Shown in pieces: positions 29,668 to 39,483 of a DNA stretch of 64,000 nt. The notes under the pieces were generated by a model. The model saw nothing but the letters and a program-made list of their open reading frames with translations. It did not search any database and had not been told where the DNA came from. Positions within the stretch are counted from its first letter, which is position 1. Each line of letters opens with the position of its first letter. The stretch comes from an uncultured Gemmatimonadales bacterium. GTDB taxonomy: Bacteria; Gemmatimonadota; Gemmatimonadetes; Gemmatimonadales; GWC2-71-9. The translations under genes and the position numbers were made by a program. Where the stretch lies: NCBI GenBank assembly GCA_963762545.1, contig CAVXLC010000001.1:372546-436545 (forward strand), given 5' to 3'.

Positions 29668-32265
29668 ATGTACCGACTCCGGGTGCTCGGAGGCCTCTCG
29701 GTGGAAGGGCCATCCGGGATCGCCGTGCCGCCACTGTCCCCACGCCGGGCCGAAGCAGTCCTGGCGGTACTGGCGGTGTGCGGGAGCCTCGGCTGCACCC
29801 GCGAACGGCTCGTCGCGCTACTCTGGCCGGAAAGCGACGAAGCCCGCTCTCGCCACGGCCTGCGCGACGCCCTTCATGCCATCCGCCGTGTCCTGCATCC
29901 GGACGCGGTCCCATCCGGGTCCCAGCTCCTCCGTCTCGATTCCACCGTCGTGGGGTCCGACATCGGCTCGTTCACTCGGGCCGTAGGCGAGGGCCGGTAC
30001 GCGGAGGCAGTACGCGCCTACGGCGGTCCGCTGCTCGATGGCTTCCACGTGGATGACGCGGCCGAGTTCGAGCACTGGCTGGACGGGGAGCGCACCCGGC
30101 TGTCGCGCGAGTACGTGGAGGCGCTCAAGCACCTGGCGACGGCGGCCGAACGGACCGGGGCCTGGGACGAGGCGGTGGGATGGTGGGCGCGTGCCGCGGA
30201 GCACGATCCCCTGAATTCGCACGTGGTGCTCCAGCAGGTCCGCGCCCTCGCCGCAATCGGGGATCGCGCCAACGCCATCAAAGTGGCGGACCTTCACGCG
30301 CGACGTCTCCGTGATGAGCTCGACCTCGCGCCCGACCGCGAGATCCTCGCAAAGATCGAGCGGATCCGCAGGGGCGAGTTGCCTCCCGCGATGGGCACCG
30401 AGCCACCCCCGACACCTTCACTGGGGGCCGAATTGCCGCTGGCGGCGGAGAAGTCCGCGTCGAGTGACGGCGGGACGCCGACGCTGACCCCGCAGGCTGC
30501 CGCAGTGAAGCGACGGCCGCGCTGGGCGCTGTGGGCTGGGGGTGCAGTGGTCGTCGTGCTCGCCGGGGCCTTCGGGGTTGCGCGCTGGTTGAGAGCCAAC
30601 GCGGCGGTACCCCGCCCGTCACGGACCTCGATCGCCGTTCTGCCGTTCAAGAACCTCAGCGCCGATTCGTCGCATGCGTACTTCGCCGCTGGGCTCCACG
30701 ACGAGCTGCTGACTCAGCTCTCCAAGGTGGCATCACTCAAAGTGATCGGCCGGACATCGACCCGTTTCTATGAGGAGACGTCGAAGTCGCCGCGCCAGAT
30801 CGGCGAAGAACTCGGGGTCGGGAGCATCGTCGAAGCCAGCGTGCAGGTCGTCGGGAGCCGGCTCCGCGTCACCGTACAGCTCCTCGACCCGGTCACCCAG
30901 GCAGATCTCTGGGCGGAGAGCTACGACCGAATACTGGATAGCGCATTCTCGGTGCAGAGCGACATTGCCCAGCGGATCGTTGCCGCGGTCGGGGCAACCC
31001 TGACGAGCGCCGAGGCCGGGGCAATCGCCGCGGCGCCCACGCAGAACGCGGAGGCGTATCAGCTCTACCTGCAGGGGCTCGAGTACCAGCGGCGGCCCGG
31101 TCTCCTTCGCCAGAATTTCGAGATCGCGCAACAGCTTCATGAGCGGGCCGTGTCGCTCGATTCGGTGTTTGCCCCGGCCCACGCGGCGCTGTCATACGCT
31201 CACTGGTCGATGTACCAATTGGGGTATGATCGGTCTCCGGGCAGGCTGGACCAGGCGCGACACGAAGCCGACGTGGCGCGCCGGCTCGCGCCGAATCTGC
31301 CAGAGGCGCACCTGGCGGTGGGCCTCGCGTACTACCTGGTTCGCAACGACTACCCCGAGGCGTTGAACGAGTTCGCCCTCGGGCTGCGCGGCGCGCCGAA
31401 CGACGCCGAGCTGTGGGCCTGGGTCGCCAGGCTGCAGCGGAACCTCGGCAATTGGGACAGCATGCTCGTGGCGTTCAACCACGCGCGGACACTCGACCCT
31501 CGCAATACGAATTTGCTCCATTCCATCGGGGACAGCTATCACTACCTTCATCGCTACCCACAGGCCATCGAGGCGTACCGGCATGAGCTCCTGCTGGCCC
31601 CGGACCTGGTTCAGCCTCGTCTCTCGATGGCCTGGAGCTACGTCTTGTGGAAGGGTGACCTGGACACGCTGCGGGCCGTTCTGAAAGGCTTGCCGCTGGA
31701 CGCCGAGCCGGGCGTCGGGGGCGACCTTGTCGGGGACACCCGACTGCAGCTGCTGCTGATGGAGCGGCACCCTGACTCCCTCCTCGCGCTCCTCCGCGTA
31801 GTGCACGGGAGTTCAGGGGCCTCCTTGCCTCGAGCCCTCTGGGCCATGCGCGCGTACACCCTTCGCGGGGATACCGCCGCTGCTCGGGCCGCCTCCGATA
31901 CGGCGTTGGCATTGCTCGATGTCGAGGAGGGGGTGCTCCCCGGCGACTGGAATGTCCACGGCTTGCGAGGCTCGGTCCTCGCGGGGCTGGGGCGCCGCGC
32001 GGACGCGCTGCGCGAAGCCGATTGGCTGGCGCAGTCGGACTGGTACCGTAAGGATCGCTTTGGGGATGTGTCGTGGTATGGAGTGATCCTGATACAAACC
32101 GGCCAGACGGACGCCGCGCTCGCAGAGATCGAGCGGTTGCTCGCCGGTCCGTCTCGCACGACCGTCCACTTGCTCCGCCTCGACCCGCGCTGGGATCCGA
32201 TCCGCAGTAACCCGCGATTCCAGGCGCTGCTGGTGAAGTACGCCAAGACGGAGCTGCCCCGATGA
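29668..32265 (+). CDS. membrane-anchored SARP/BTAD-family transcriptional regulator with periplasmic IAVLP module and TPR repeats
   Basis: N-terminal winged-helix plus BTAD (MYRLRVLGGLSVEG.., LLDGFHVDDAAEFEHWLDGER..). TM helix WALWAGGAVVVVLAGAFGV. SIAVLPFKNLSADSSHAYFAAGLHDELL. About 450 aa of TPR-like repeats. Confidence 0.75.
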   Translation: MYRLRVLGGLSVEGPSGIAVPPLSPRRAEAVLAVLAVCGSLGCTRERLVALLWPESDEARSRHGLRDALHAIRRVLHPDAVPSGSQLLRLDSTVVGSDIGSFTRAVGEGRYAEAVRAYGGPLLDGFHVDDAAEFEHWLDGERTRLSREYVEALKHLATAAERTGAWDEAVGWWARAAEHDPLNSHVVLQQVRALAAIGDRANAIKVADLHARRLRDELDLAPDREILAKIERIRRGELPPAMGTEPPPTPSLGAELPLAAEKSASSDGGTPTLTPQAAAVKRRPRWALWAGGAVVVVLAGAFGVARWLRANAAVPRPSRTSIAVLPFKNLSADSSHAYFAAGLHDELLTQLSKVASLKVIGRTSTRFYEETSKSPRQIGEELGVGSIVEASVQVVGSRLRVTVQLLDPVTQADLWAESYDRILDSAFSVQSDIAQRIVAAVGATLTSAEAGAIAAAPTQNAEAYQLYLQGLEYQRRPGLLRQNFEIAQQLHERAVSLDSVFAPAHAALSYAHWSMYQLGYDRSPGRLDQARHEADVARRLAPNLPEAHLAVGLAYYLVRNDYPEALNEFALGLRGAPNDAELWAWVARLQRNLGNWDSMLVAFNHARTLDPRNTNLLHSIGDSYHYLHRYPQAIEAYRHELLLAPDLVQPRLSMAWSYVLWKGDLDTLRAVLKGLPLDAEPGVGGDLVGDTRLQLLLMERHPDSLLALLRVVHGSSGASLPRALWAMRAYTLRGDTAAARAASDTALALLDVEEGVLPGDWNVHGLRGSVLAGLGRRADALREADWLAQSDWYRKDRFGDVSWYGVILIQTGQTDAALAEIERLLAGPSRTTVHLLRLDPRWDPIRSNPRFQALLVKYAKTELPR

Positions 32266-34924
32266 GTACTCCAGGAGCCTTCCGAATGCGCTCGGCGCTC
32301 CCGCTGGCCCTGCTGATCCCGGTGTTGCTGGCGGCTCCGGTCGCTGCGGGACACGCTCAGGGACCAGTCTCCCCGAGTCGTGCCACCCGCGCGGTCTATC
32401 TGGACTCCGCAGGGGTGGTGCGCTGGCAGGACGACCGGCGCGAGGTCACCCTCTTCGGTGCCAACTACGTCCTGCCCACCGCCTCGGACTACCGGGCGGC
32501 CGGCTACGTCCACGGCGATCGCAAGAAGATGATCGACGAGGACATGGCGCAATTCGCCCGGATGGGCTGGGACGGCATGCGGCTCACCTTCTGGGGTGAC
32601 TGGGAGGCCTCCGACAGCGCGGGAAATCTCATCGCCAACGACCACCTGGACCTGCAGGACTACCTGATCGCCCGGGCCCGCGAGCGGGGGATCTACCTGC
32701 TGTTCAGTCCGATCCAGCTCTACGGCGCCAACTGGCCCGATGCCCTGGCGGACACCTCGGACCCCGGCTTCGGGCGGCACTTCGGCAAAGGCAAGATGGG
32801 CACCGACCCCGCGGCGATTGCCGCCCAGGTCAACTATCTGCGCCAGATCCTGAATCACGTGAATCCCTACACCGGGGTCGCGCTCAAGGACGAGCCGGCG
32901 ATCATCTTCATCGAGCTGGTGAACGAGCCGTGGCACCACCCGGAAGACCTGGCGGGATCGGTGCGCTACTCAACACACTGACCGAAGCGGTGCGCAGTAC
33001 GGGATGCAACAAGCTGGTGTTCTACAACGTGAGCCAGGATTTCCGGATCGGCGCGGCGATCCGGCAGTCCAAGGTCCAGGGGCTCACCTTCGGCTGGTAC
33101 CCGACCGGCCTCAACTCGGGCCACGAGCTCCGGGGGAACTACCTCCGCACCACCGATGCCTATCCCGATATGCTGCGCCCCGAGCTGGCCCGGATGCCGC
33201 GCATCGTCTACGAGTTCGACAGCCCGGATCTGCGCACCGGCACGATGTACCCGGCCATGGCCCGGACCTTCCGCGCGGTGGGGACGCAGTTCGCCGCGAT
33301 GTTCGCCTACGATATGCTGGGGACCGCCTCGCGCAATCTGGGCTGGCAGACCCACTACCTGAACCTGGTCTACACCCCGCGCAAGGCGATGAGCGCCATC
33401 ATCGCGTCGGAGGTCATGCACCGCCTGCCGCGGCTGGGCTCCTACGGCCCCTATCCGGAGAACACGCGTTTCGGCGATTTCCATCTCTCGCCCGACGAAA
33501 ACCTGGGGGAGCTGGTGGCGCGGGACGCGTTCCTCTATGCCGGCTCGACCCGGACCAGCCCCAAGGATCCGGCCTCGCTGACCCGCATCGCCGGGTACGG
33601 CTCCTCCCCGGTCGTGACCTATCCGGGAGAGGGCATCTACTTCCTCGACAAGGTGCGCCCGGGGGTCTGGCGCCTCGAGGTCTATCCCGACGCCGTGCCG
33701 GTGCGGGATCCCTTCGAGCCGCCCAACCCCGACAAGGTGGTGACCCGCGCCATCAGCCGGGTCTGGCCCATGACGATTGCCCTGCCGGACCTCGGTGAGT
33801 CCTTCACCGTACAGCCGGTGACCGCGGGCAACGCCGGAAGCGAATCGGCCGAGGGCGGCCGCTTCATGGTCCGGCCGGGTGTCTACGTCCTGAGCGCGGC
33901 GGGGCCGGTCAACGCCGCCGCGCTCCCGGCGTCCATCGGCGCGGTGGGATTCGCCGAATACCATGCGCCGCCACCGGATTCGCTGGCGACTTCGGTGCAG
34001 TCGCTGGCCGCGCCGGCGTACGTTGTCGACCGGGACGCGGAGCTCCGCGCCCGCATCGTCGACCCGACCCCTCCCGATTCGGCGGTGCTCTTTCTCCGGC
34101 CGACGGCGGGCGGCTTCTATCGCGCGTTCGCGATGCATCCTTCGGGCGGATACGAGTACGCCGCCACGGTTCCGGCGGCGGCGCTCCGGGAGGGGCCGCA
34201 CGAGTTCGTGATCACGACGTTCCGCGGGGGCTCGAGCGCCACGTTTCCCGCCGGGGTCCGGGGGAGGCCCTGGGACTGGGACTACTACAGCGGGGATTCC
34301 TGGAAGGTGGATGTGGTCGGAGCCCGGACGCCGCTGGTGCTCTTCACGCCCCGCACCGACGCCTCCCGGCTGACCTTTACCCGCATCGGCGATGCGGGAC
34401 GCCGCGGGCTCTTCCGCCTGGGGGTGTCGGGCTTCACCGGCCAGCCGATCATGCACTTCGAGCTGCCGGTGGACCAGAGCGGCTGGAGTCCTCCGGATTA
34501 CACCGCGTCGCTGGTGATCAAGGACCGGATCCAGGCGCGCCGGGAGACGATCGCCGGCGCGGAGACGGTGTGGCTCCGGCTCCGGGGCCTGGGGCCCCGG
34601 CAGATCCTGCACGTCACGCTGATGGAAGACGACGGCACCAGCTGGAGCGCGGCGGTGCCGGTGGACAGCACCTGGACCGGACGGTCGGTGCCGCTCGCTT
34701 CGTTCACGGCGGGCCGCGGTGTGCTCCTGCCGCAGGGATTTCCCGGCGAGTGGAGCTACTGGGTTGGTCCGGCCGCCGGGCGCGGCGGCAGCACCGACCG
34801 GCCGCGGCTCGACCACGTGGAGCGGCTGGAGCTGTCCCTGCGGCGGGAGGAGGGCGTCACGGTGACCGCCGGGCGCTACGGGGTGGAGGTGGAGTCCATC
34901 GCCCTGGATTTCGGCCGGCCCTGA
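32262..34924 (+). pseudogene. GH5-like (clan GH-A) glycoside hydrolase with long uncharacterised C-terminal region; -1 frameshift near 32960-32981
   Basis: ORF 32262..32981 has a signal peptide and IFIELVNEPWHH (acid/base NEP) and ends ..GSVRYSTH*. ORF 32930..34924, one base back, continues ..LNTLTEAVRSTG..RIVYEFDSPD (candidate nucleophile Glu). The two read as one gene. ATGA overlap with the regulator stop at 32262-32265. Confidence 0.6.
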
Positions 34925-34940
34925 CGATGGAACCGGTCCG

Positions 34941-37496
34941 GTGATTCCGCCCGGGAAGAGCGGGGCGGGTCACCAAGCGAGCCGGCCCGACCTCACATCC
35001 GCGTCGGTTCCCGACACGCTCGCGGCGCTCCACGTGGATCCCGAGTCCGGTCTCACCCAGGGCGACGCGGAGGCGCGCCGCGGGGAATCCGGCTACAACG
35101 AGGTGGCGCCGGGACGAACCCATCCGGTCCTCGGCTTCCTCGCCAAGTTCTGGGGTCTGTCGGCGTGGATGCTCGAGCTGATCATGATCCTTTCCGCGGT
35201 TCTCCGGAAATATTCCGATCTCGCGGTGGTCGGCGCTCTGCTGATCGTCAACGCGGTGCTGAGTTTCGCGCAGGAGCGCCGAGCGGCGGGGGTCGTCGAG
35301 ACGCTGCGGCGGCGCTTGCAGGTGAGCGCGCGGGTGCGGCGCGACCGGGCCTGGCAGGTTCTGCCCGCGCGGGAGCTGGTTCCGGGGGACATCGTGCGCC
35401 TCCGCCCGGGCGACATCGTCCCGGCGGACCTGCGGCTGCTCACCGGCGCATTGAGCGCCGACCAATCGGCCCTGACCGGCGAGTCGAAGGACGCGGATAT
35501 CGCCGCGGGCGCCGTGGTCTCGTCAGGCTCGGTGGTCCGCCGGGGCGAGGGCAACGGCGTCGTGCTCCTGACCGGGGCCAGGACCTTGTTCGGCCGCACC
35601 ACGGAGCTGGTCCAGCTCGCGCGCCCGACGCTTCATATCGAAGCGGTGGTCTCGAACGTGGTTCGCTGGCTCTTCCTCATCGTCGGTGGGCTGCTGGCGG
35701 TGGTGGCCGGGCTGGCCCTGGTGCGCGGCGCCCCGCTGCTCGAGATGGCTCCGCTCATGCTGGTGCTGCTGATGAGCGCGGTCCCGGTAGCCCTGCCGGT
35801 CATGTTCACCGTGAGCATGGCCGTCGGGTCGAAGGAGCTGGCGCGCCGGGGCGTGCTGGTCACCCGACTCAGCGCCGCGGAGGATGCCGCGACCATGGAC
35901 GTGCTCTGCGTCGACAAGACCGGCACCATCACCATGAACCAGCTCGCCGTCACCGGCGTCATTCCGCTGGAGGGGGCCGCGGAAGCAGACGTCCTGATGG
36001 CCGGAGCCCTCGCATCCGAGGAGGCCAATCAGGATCCGATCGACCTGGCCTTCCTCCGGGCCGCGAAGGAGGCCCATCTCCTGGACGGGCCCGCCGCGGC
36101 CACCCCGGTCTCCTTCGCGCCCTTCGACGCTGCGACCCGGCGGACCGAGGCGGTGGTCGACCAGCACGGGACCCGGCTGCGGGTGATGAAGGGCGCGGTG
36201 CGGACCGTCGCCCAGGCCTGCGGACTCCCGGCCCCGGCGATCGAAGCCCTGGAAGCGAGAGTGGCCGACGCCTCCGGCAAGGGCTATCGCACCCTGGCCG
36301 TGGCCCGGGGCCCCGAGGCGGGCAGCCTCGCGATGCTGGGCCTGGTGACCCTGTACGACCCCCTCCGTCCCGATGCCCGGTCGCTCATCGACGCGCTGCG
36401 CGATCGAGGCGTCGCGGTGAAGCTCCTCACCGGCGATGCCCTGCCGGTGGCGCGCGAGATCGGGTGGGGAGTGGGCCTGGCCAAGATCGTCCGGGTGGCC
36501 GACCTCAAGGCCGCGGCGGCCCGGCCCGGCAACGAAACGGTGGACCTGCTGGCGGGCGCCGACGGTTTTGCCGAGGTATTTCCCGAGGACAAATTCATCG
36601 TGGTGCAGCACCTGCAGGCCGCGGGCCACGTCACCGGGATGACCGGCGACGGGGTCAACGACGCCCCCGCCCTGCGCCAGGCGGAGGTGGGGATCGCCGT
36701 CAGCAGCGCCACCGATGTCGCCAAAGGCGCGGCCAGCGTCGTCCTGACCGAACCGGGGCTCACGAATATCGTGGCCCTGGTCGAGCAGGGGCGGACCATC
36801 TACCAGCGGATCCTGACCTGGGTGCTCAACAAGATCAGCCGGACGATCCTGAAGGCCGCCTTCGTCGCCATCGCCTTCGTGGTCACCGGCAAGTTCGTCA
36901 TCTCGGCGTTCGTGATGCTGCTGCTGGTCTTCCTGACCGACTTCGCGAAGATCGCACTCGCCACCGACCGGGTACGCTGGTCGAGAACACCGGAAACCTG
37001 GAACATCGGGGCGTTCGTCGCGGTGTCGGCGGTCCTGGGCGGGATGATGGTGGCGGAGGCCCTGTTCGCCCTGTATGTCGGCTGGAAACATTTCGGCCTG
37101 GGGACCAACGACAACGCTCTCTACACCTTCAGTTTCCTGCTGCTGCTCTACCTCGGCGTGTTCTCCATCCTGTCCGCCCGGGAACGCCGCCGGTTCTGGA
37201 CCACTCGGCCCAGCCGGAGCCTCGCGGCGGCTCTGGCTGCGGATGCCCTCGCGGGAACCGGGCTGACGCTGCTGGGCCTGCCGGGGCTCGCGCCGTTGCC
37301 CTGGTGTCAGACCCTCGGCATCTTCGGCTACGCGATGGCGGTGTGCCTGCTCGCGAATGATGCGGCGAAGGTCGCGATGATCGAGCGGTGGACGGTCACC
37401 CCGGCGGCGGCGCCGGTTTCCTGGCCCGGAGCGCAAACGCGAACATCACCAGCCCGAAGGCCAGCAGCACCAGGCCCCACCAGAGATTCACGTTGA
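34941..37496 (+). CDS. P-type ATPase, P3A (plasma-membrane H+-pump)-like
   Basis: GTG start. GLTQGDAEARRGESGYNEV, FLAKFWGLSAWMLELIMILSAVL, LTGESKD, CVDKTGTITMN, MTGDGVNDAPALRQAEVGIAV. The last ~35 residues are Pro/Ala/Arg-rich and overlap a convergent small gene. Confidence 0.85.
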   Translation: MIPPGKSGAGHQASRPDLTSASVPDTLAALHVDPESGLTQGDAEARRGESGYNEVAPGRTHPVLGFLAKFWGLSAWMLELIMILSAVLRKYSDLAVVGALLIVNAVLSFAQERRAAGVVETLRRRLQVSARVRRDRAWQVLPARELVPGDIVRLRPGDIVPADLRLLTGALSADQSALTGESKDADIAAGAVVSSGSVVRRGEGNGVVLLTGARTLFGRTTELVQLARPTLHIEAVVSNVVRWLFLIVGGLLAVVAGLALVRGAPLLEMAPLMLVLLMSAVPVALPVMFTVSMAVGSKELARRGVLVTRLSAAEDAATMDVLCVDKTGTITMNQLAVTGVIPLEGAAEADVLMAGALASEEANQDPIDLAFLRAAKEAHLLDGPAAATPVSFAPFDAATRRTEAVVDQHGTRLRVMKGAVRTVAQACGLPAPAIEALEARVADASGKGYRTLAVARGPEAGSLAMLGLVTLYDPLRPDARSLIDALRDRGVAVKLLTGDALPVAREIGWGVGLAKIVRVADLKAAAARPGNETVDLLAGADGFAEVFPEDKFIVVQHLQAAGHVTGMTGDGVNDAPALRQAEVGIAVSSATDVAKGAASVVLTEPGLTNIVALVEQGRTIYQRILTWVLNKISRTILKAAFVAIAFVVTGKFVISAFVMLLLVFLTDFAKIALATDRVRWSRTPETWNIGAFVAVSAVLGGMMVAEALFALYVGWKHFGLGTNDNALYTFSFLLLLYLGVFSILSARERRRFWTTRPSRSLAAALAADALAGTGLTLLGLPGLAPLPWCQTLGIFGYAMAVCLLANDAAKVAMIERWTVTPAAAPVSWPGAQTRTSPARRPAAPGPTRDSR

Positions 37497-37608
37497 TGCC
37501 GAGCGAGCGTCCGTAGATCGCCGTGTCGGACGCGAGTCCGTAGAGCGCCAGCATCACGCCGAAGATCGAGAACATCAGGCCGATCGGCAGTCGCAGATCG
37601 AGGTTCAT
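37396..37608 (-). CDS. small two-TM membrane protein, translationally coupled downstream of the SSS symporter
   Basis: 70 aa: MNLDLRLPIGLMFSIFGVMLALYGL..NLWWGLVLLAFGLVMFAFAL. The ATG lies 7 nt after the symporter stop, with GAGGA spanning the stop. G/C third-position bias. Confidence 0.5.
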   Translation of the reverse strand: MNLDLRLPIGLMFSIFGVMLALYGLASDTAIYGRSLGINVNLWWGLVLLAFGLVMFAFALRARKPAPPPG

Positions 37609-37615
37609 CGCATCC

Positions 37616-39325
37616 TCACCAGAAGATCAGGTTGAGCACCAGGGTGAGCCCCAGCACCGCAACACCGAGGGTGGCGGGCCGTTTGAGCCACGGCAATCCA
37701 CCGTCCTGCTGGCGCGGCGTCAGGCTGTACACCAGCCCGGTGAGCTGCTCGTCGGACTTGTTGCGCGCCGTGAGCAGCGAGATCGCGATCGTCGCCACGA
37801 AGCAGGTGCTCCACGCGAAGATGGCGGTCCAGAAGTTCTGGGCCATTTCGCTCGGGTAGGTGTGCAGCACCGTCCCCAGGAAACCGCCCTTGAGTCCCGG
37901 CGAGGCGCCGTGGGGCAACACCAGCCCATGGTGGATCGCCGCCGCGCCGGTCCCGAGCAGCAGCCCGAAGAACGCTCCGTGTCCCGTGGTGCGGCGCCAG
38001 AACATGCCCAGCAGGAAGGTGGCGAACAACGGTGCGTTGACGAACGCGAAGACGAGCTGGAGCATGTCCATGATGTTGTTGAACCGCGTCGTGGCGTAGG
38101 CCGCGGCCACGCTGAGCAGGATCCCGAACACCGTGGCCGCGTGGCCCATCCGCAGGTAGTGGCGGTCGGACTGCCCCGGGCGGATGTACGACTGGTAGAT
38201 GTCGTAGGTCCACACCGTGTTGAACGCGGTGACGTTGCCGGCCATGCCGGACATGAACGACGCCATGAGCGCGGTCAGCCCCAGGCCCAGCAGGCCGGAG
38301 GGCAGGTAGTGCGCCAGCATCACGGGCACCGCGAGATTGTAGTTCGGCGCTCCGTCGCTGCCGGTGGGCAGCAGCCCTCCCCGGGTGGCGTGCAGGGCGA
38401 TGGCGATCATCCCCGGCAGGATCACCAGGGCGGGGAAGAGCATCTTGGGAATCGCCGCGAAGAGGGGAGTGCGGCGCGCGGCGGTCATCGAATTGGCGGC
38501 CATGGCGCGCTGGATGACCAGGAAGTCGGTGCACCAGTAGCCGAACGACAGCACGAATCCCAGCCCCATGGCCATGCCGAACCACTCGACGCCCATGGGA
38601 TTGGAGCCGGCCGAATCGAGGTGGCGCCACGAGCTGGACCAGGCGCCGGCCGGGTAACCGGCGTTGGTCGCGACGGTCGCGAGCTTGGCGGTGAGCCCGG
38701 CCCATCCTCCCACATCCTTGAGACCGAGCAGCACCAGCGGGAGGAAGCCCAGGACGATGAGAAAGAACTGGAGGACCTCGTTGTAGATGGCGGAGGTCAG
38801 GCCGCCCAGGAAGATGTAGGCCAGGACGATGGCGGCGGACAGCACCACGCTGGTGTGGAAGTTCCAGCCCAGCACCAGCTCGAGGAGCTTGGCCAGGGCG
38901 TACATCGAGATGCCCGAGGAGAACACGGTCATCACGGCGAAGGTGATCGCGTTGAAGCCGCGGGTCTTCTCGTCGAACCGGAGCTTGAGATACTCCGGGA
39001 CGGACCGGGCCCGGGAGCCGTAGTAGAAGGGCATCATGAAGATCCCGACGAACACCATCGCGGGGATCGCGCCGAGCCAGTAGAAGTGGCTCGTCATCAT
39101 CCCGTACTTGGCGCCGGAGGCCCCCATCCCGATCACTTCCTGGGCGCCCAGATTGGCCGAGAGGAAGGCCAGGCCGGCGATCCAGGTCGGGATGGAGCGT
39201 CCCGAGAGGAAGAAGTCTTCGCTGCTCCTGACGTAGCGCCGGAGCACCAGGCCGATCCCCAGCACGAAGGCGAAATAGACGATCAGGATCGCGTAGTCGA
39301 TCGCGCCGAGGTGGATCTGTTGCAC
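37616..39325 (-). CDS. sodium:solute symporter family (SGLT-like) transporter
   Basis: FFLSGRSIPTWIAGLAFLSANLGAQEVIGMGASGAKYG and 13-14 hydrophobic segments. GTG at 39325 (GGGAG 7 nt upstream) is preferred. ATG at 39424 would add 33 non-hydrophobic residues. Confidence 0.85.
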   Translation of the reverse strand: MQQIHLGAIDYAILIVYFAFVLGIGLVLRRYVRSSEDFFLSGRSIPTWIAGLAFLSANLGAQEVIGMGASGAKYGMMTSHFYWLGAIPAMVFVGIFMMPFYYGSRARSVPEYLKLRFDEKTRGFNAITFAVMTVFSSGISMYALAKLLELVLGWNFHTSVVLSAAIVLAYIFLGGLTSAIYNEVLQFFLIVLGFLPLVLLGLKDVGGWAGLTAKLATVATNAGYPAGAWSSSWRHLDSAGSNPMGVEWFGMAMGLGFVLSFGYWCTDFLVIQRAMAANSMTAARRTPLFAAIPKMLFPALVILPGMIAIALHATRGGLLPTGSDGAPNYNLAVPVMLAHYLPSGLLGLGLTALMASFMSGMAGNVTAFNTVWTYDIYQSYIRPGQSDRHYLRMGHAATVFGILLSVAAAYATTRFNNIMDMLQLVFAFVNAPLFATFLLGMFWRRTTGHGAFFGLLLGTGAAAIHHGLVLPHGASPGLKGGFLGTVLHTYPSEMAQNFWTAIFAWSTCFVATIAISLLTARNKSDEQLTGLVYSLTPRQQDGGLPWLKRPATLGVAVLGLTLVLNLIFW

Positions 39326-39483
39326 GCGGTGCTCCCGGAGAACGGTGCCGGCGGGGACCCGAATGCTCAGACATATCGCACGATGGGCCCCTTCCGCAAG
39401 CCGGGAGGATGCCCGCTGGCCCAAGCGCCGGGGCGGACCTACTATTTCGCCGGGGTAGTCGATTCCCGATTCCGGAGAGGCCC

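Noticed and set aside
35165-37436. Two long ORFs (731 aa plus strand, 637 aa minus strand) overlapping the P-type ATPase gene
   Set aside because: Their Arg/Gly/Pro-rich translations have no motifs. The 34941..37496 frame contains TGES, DKTGT and GDGVNDAPAL.
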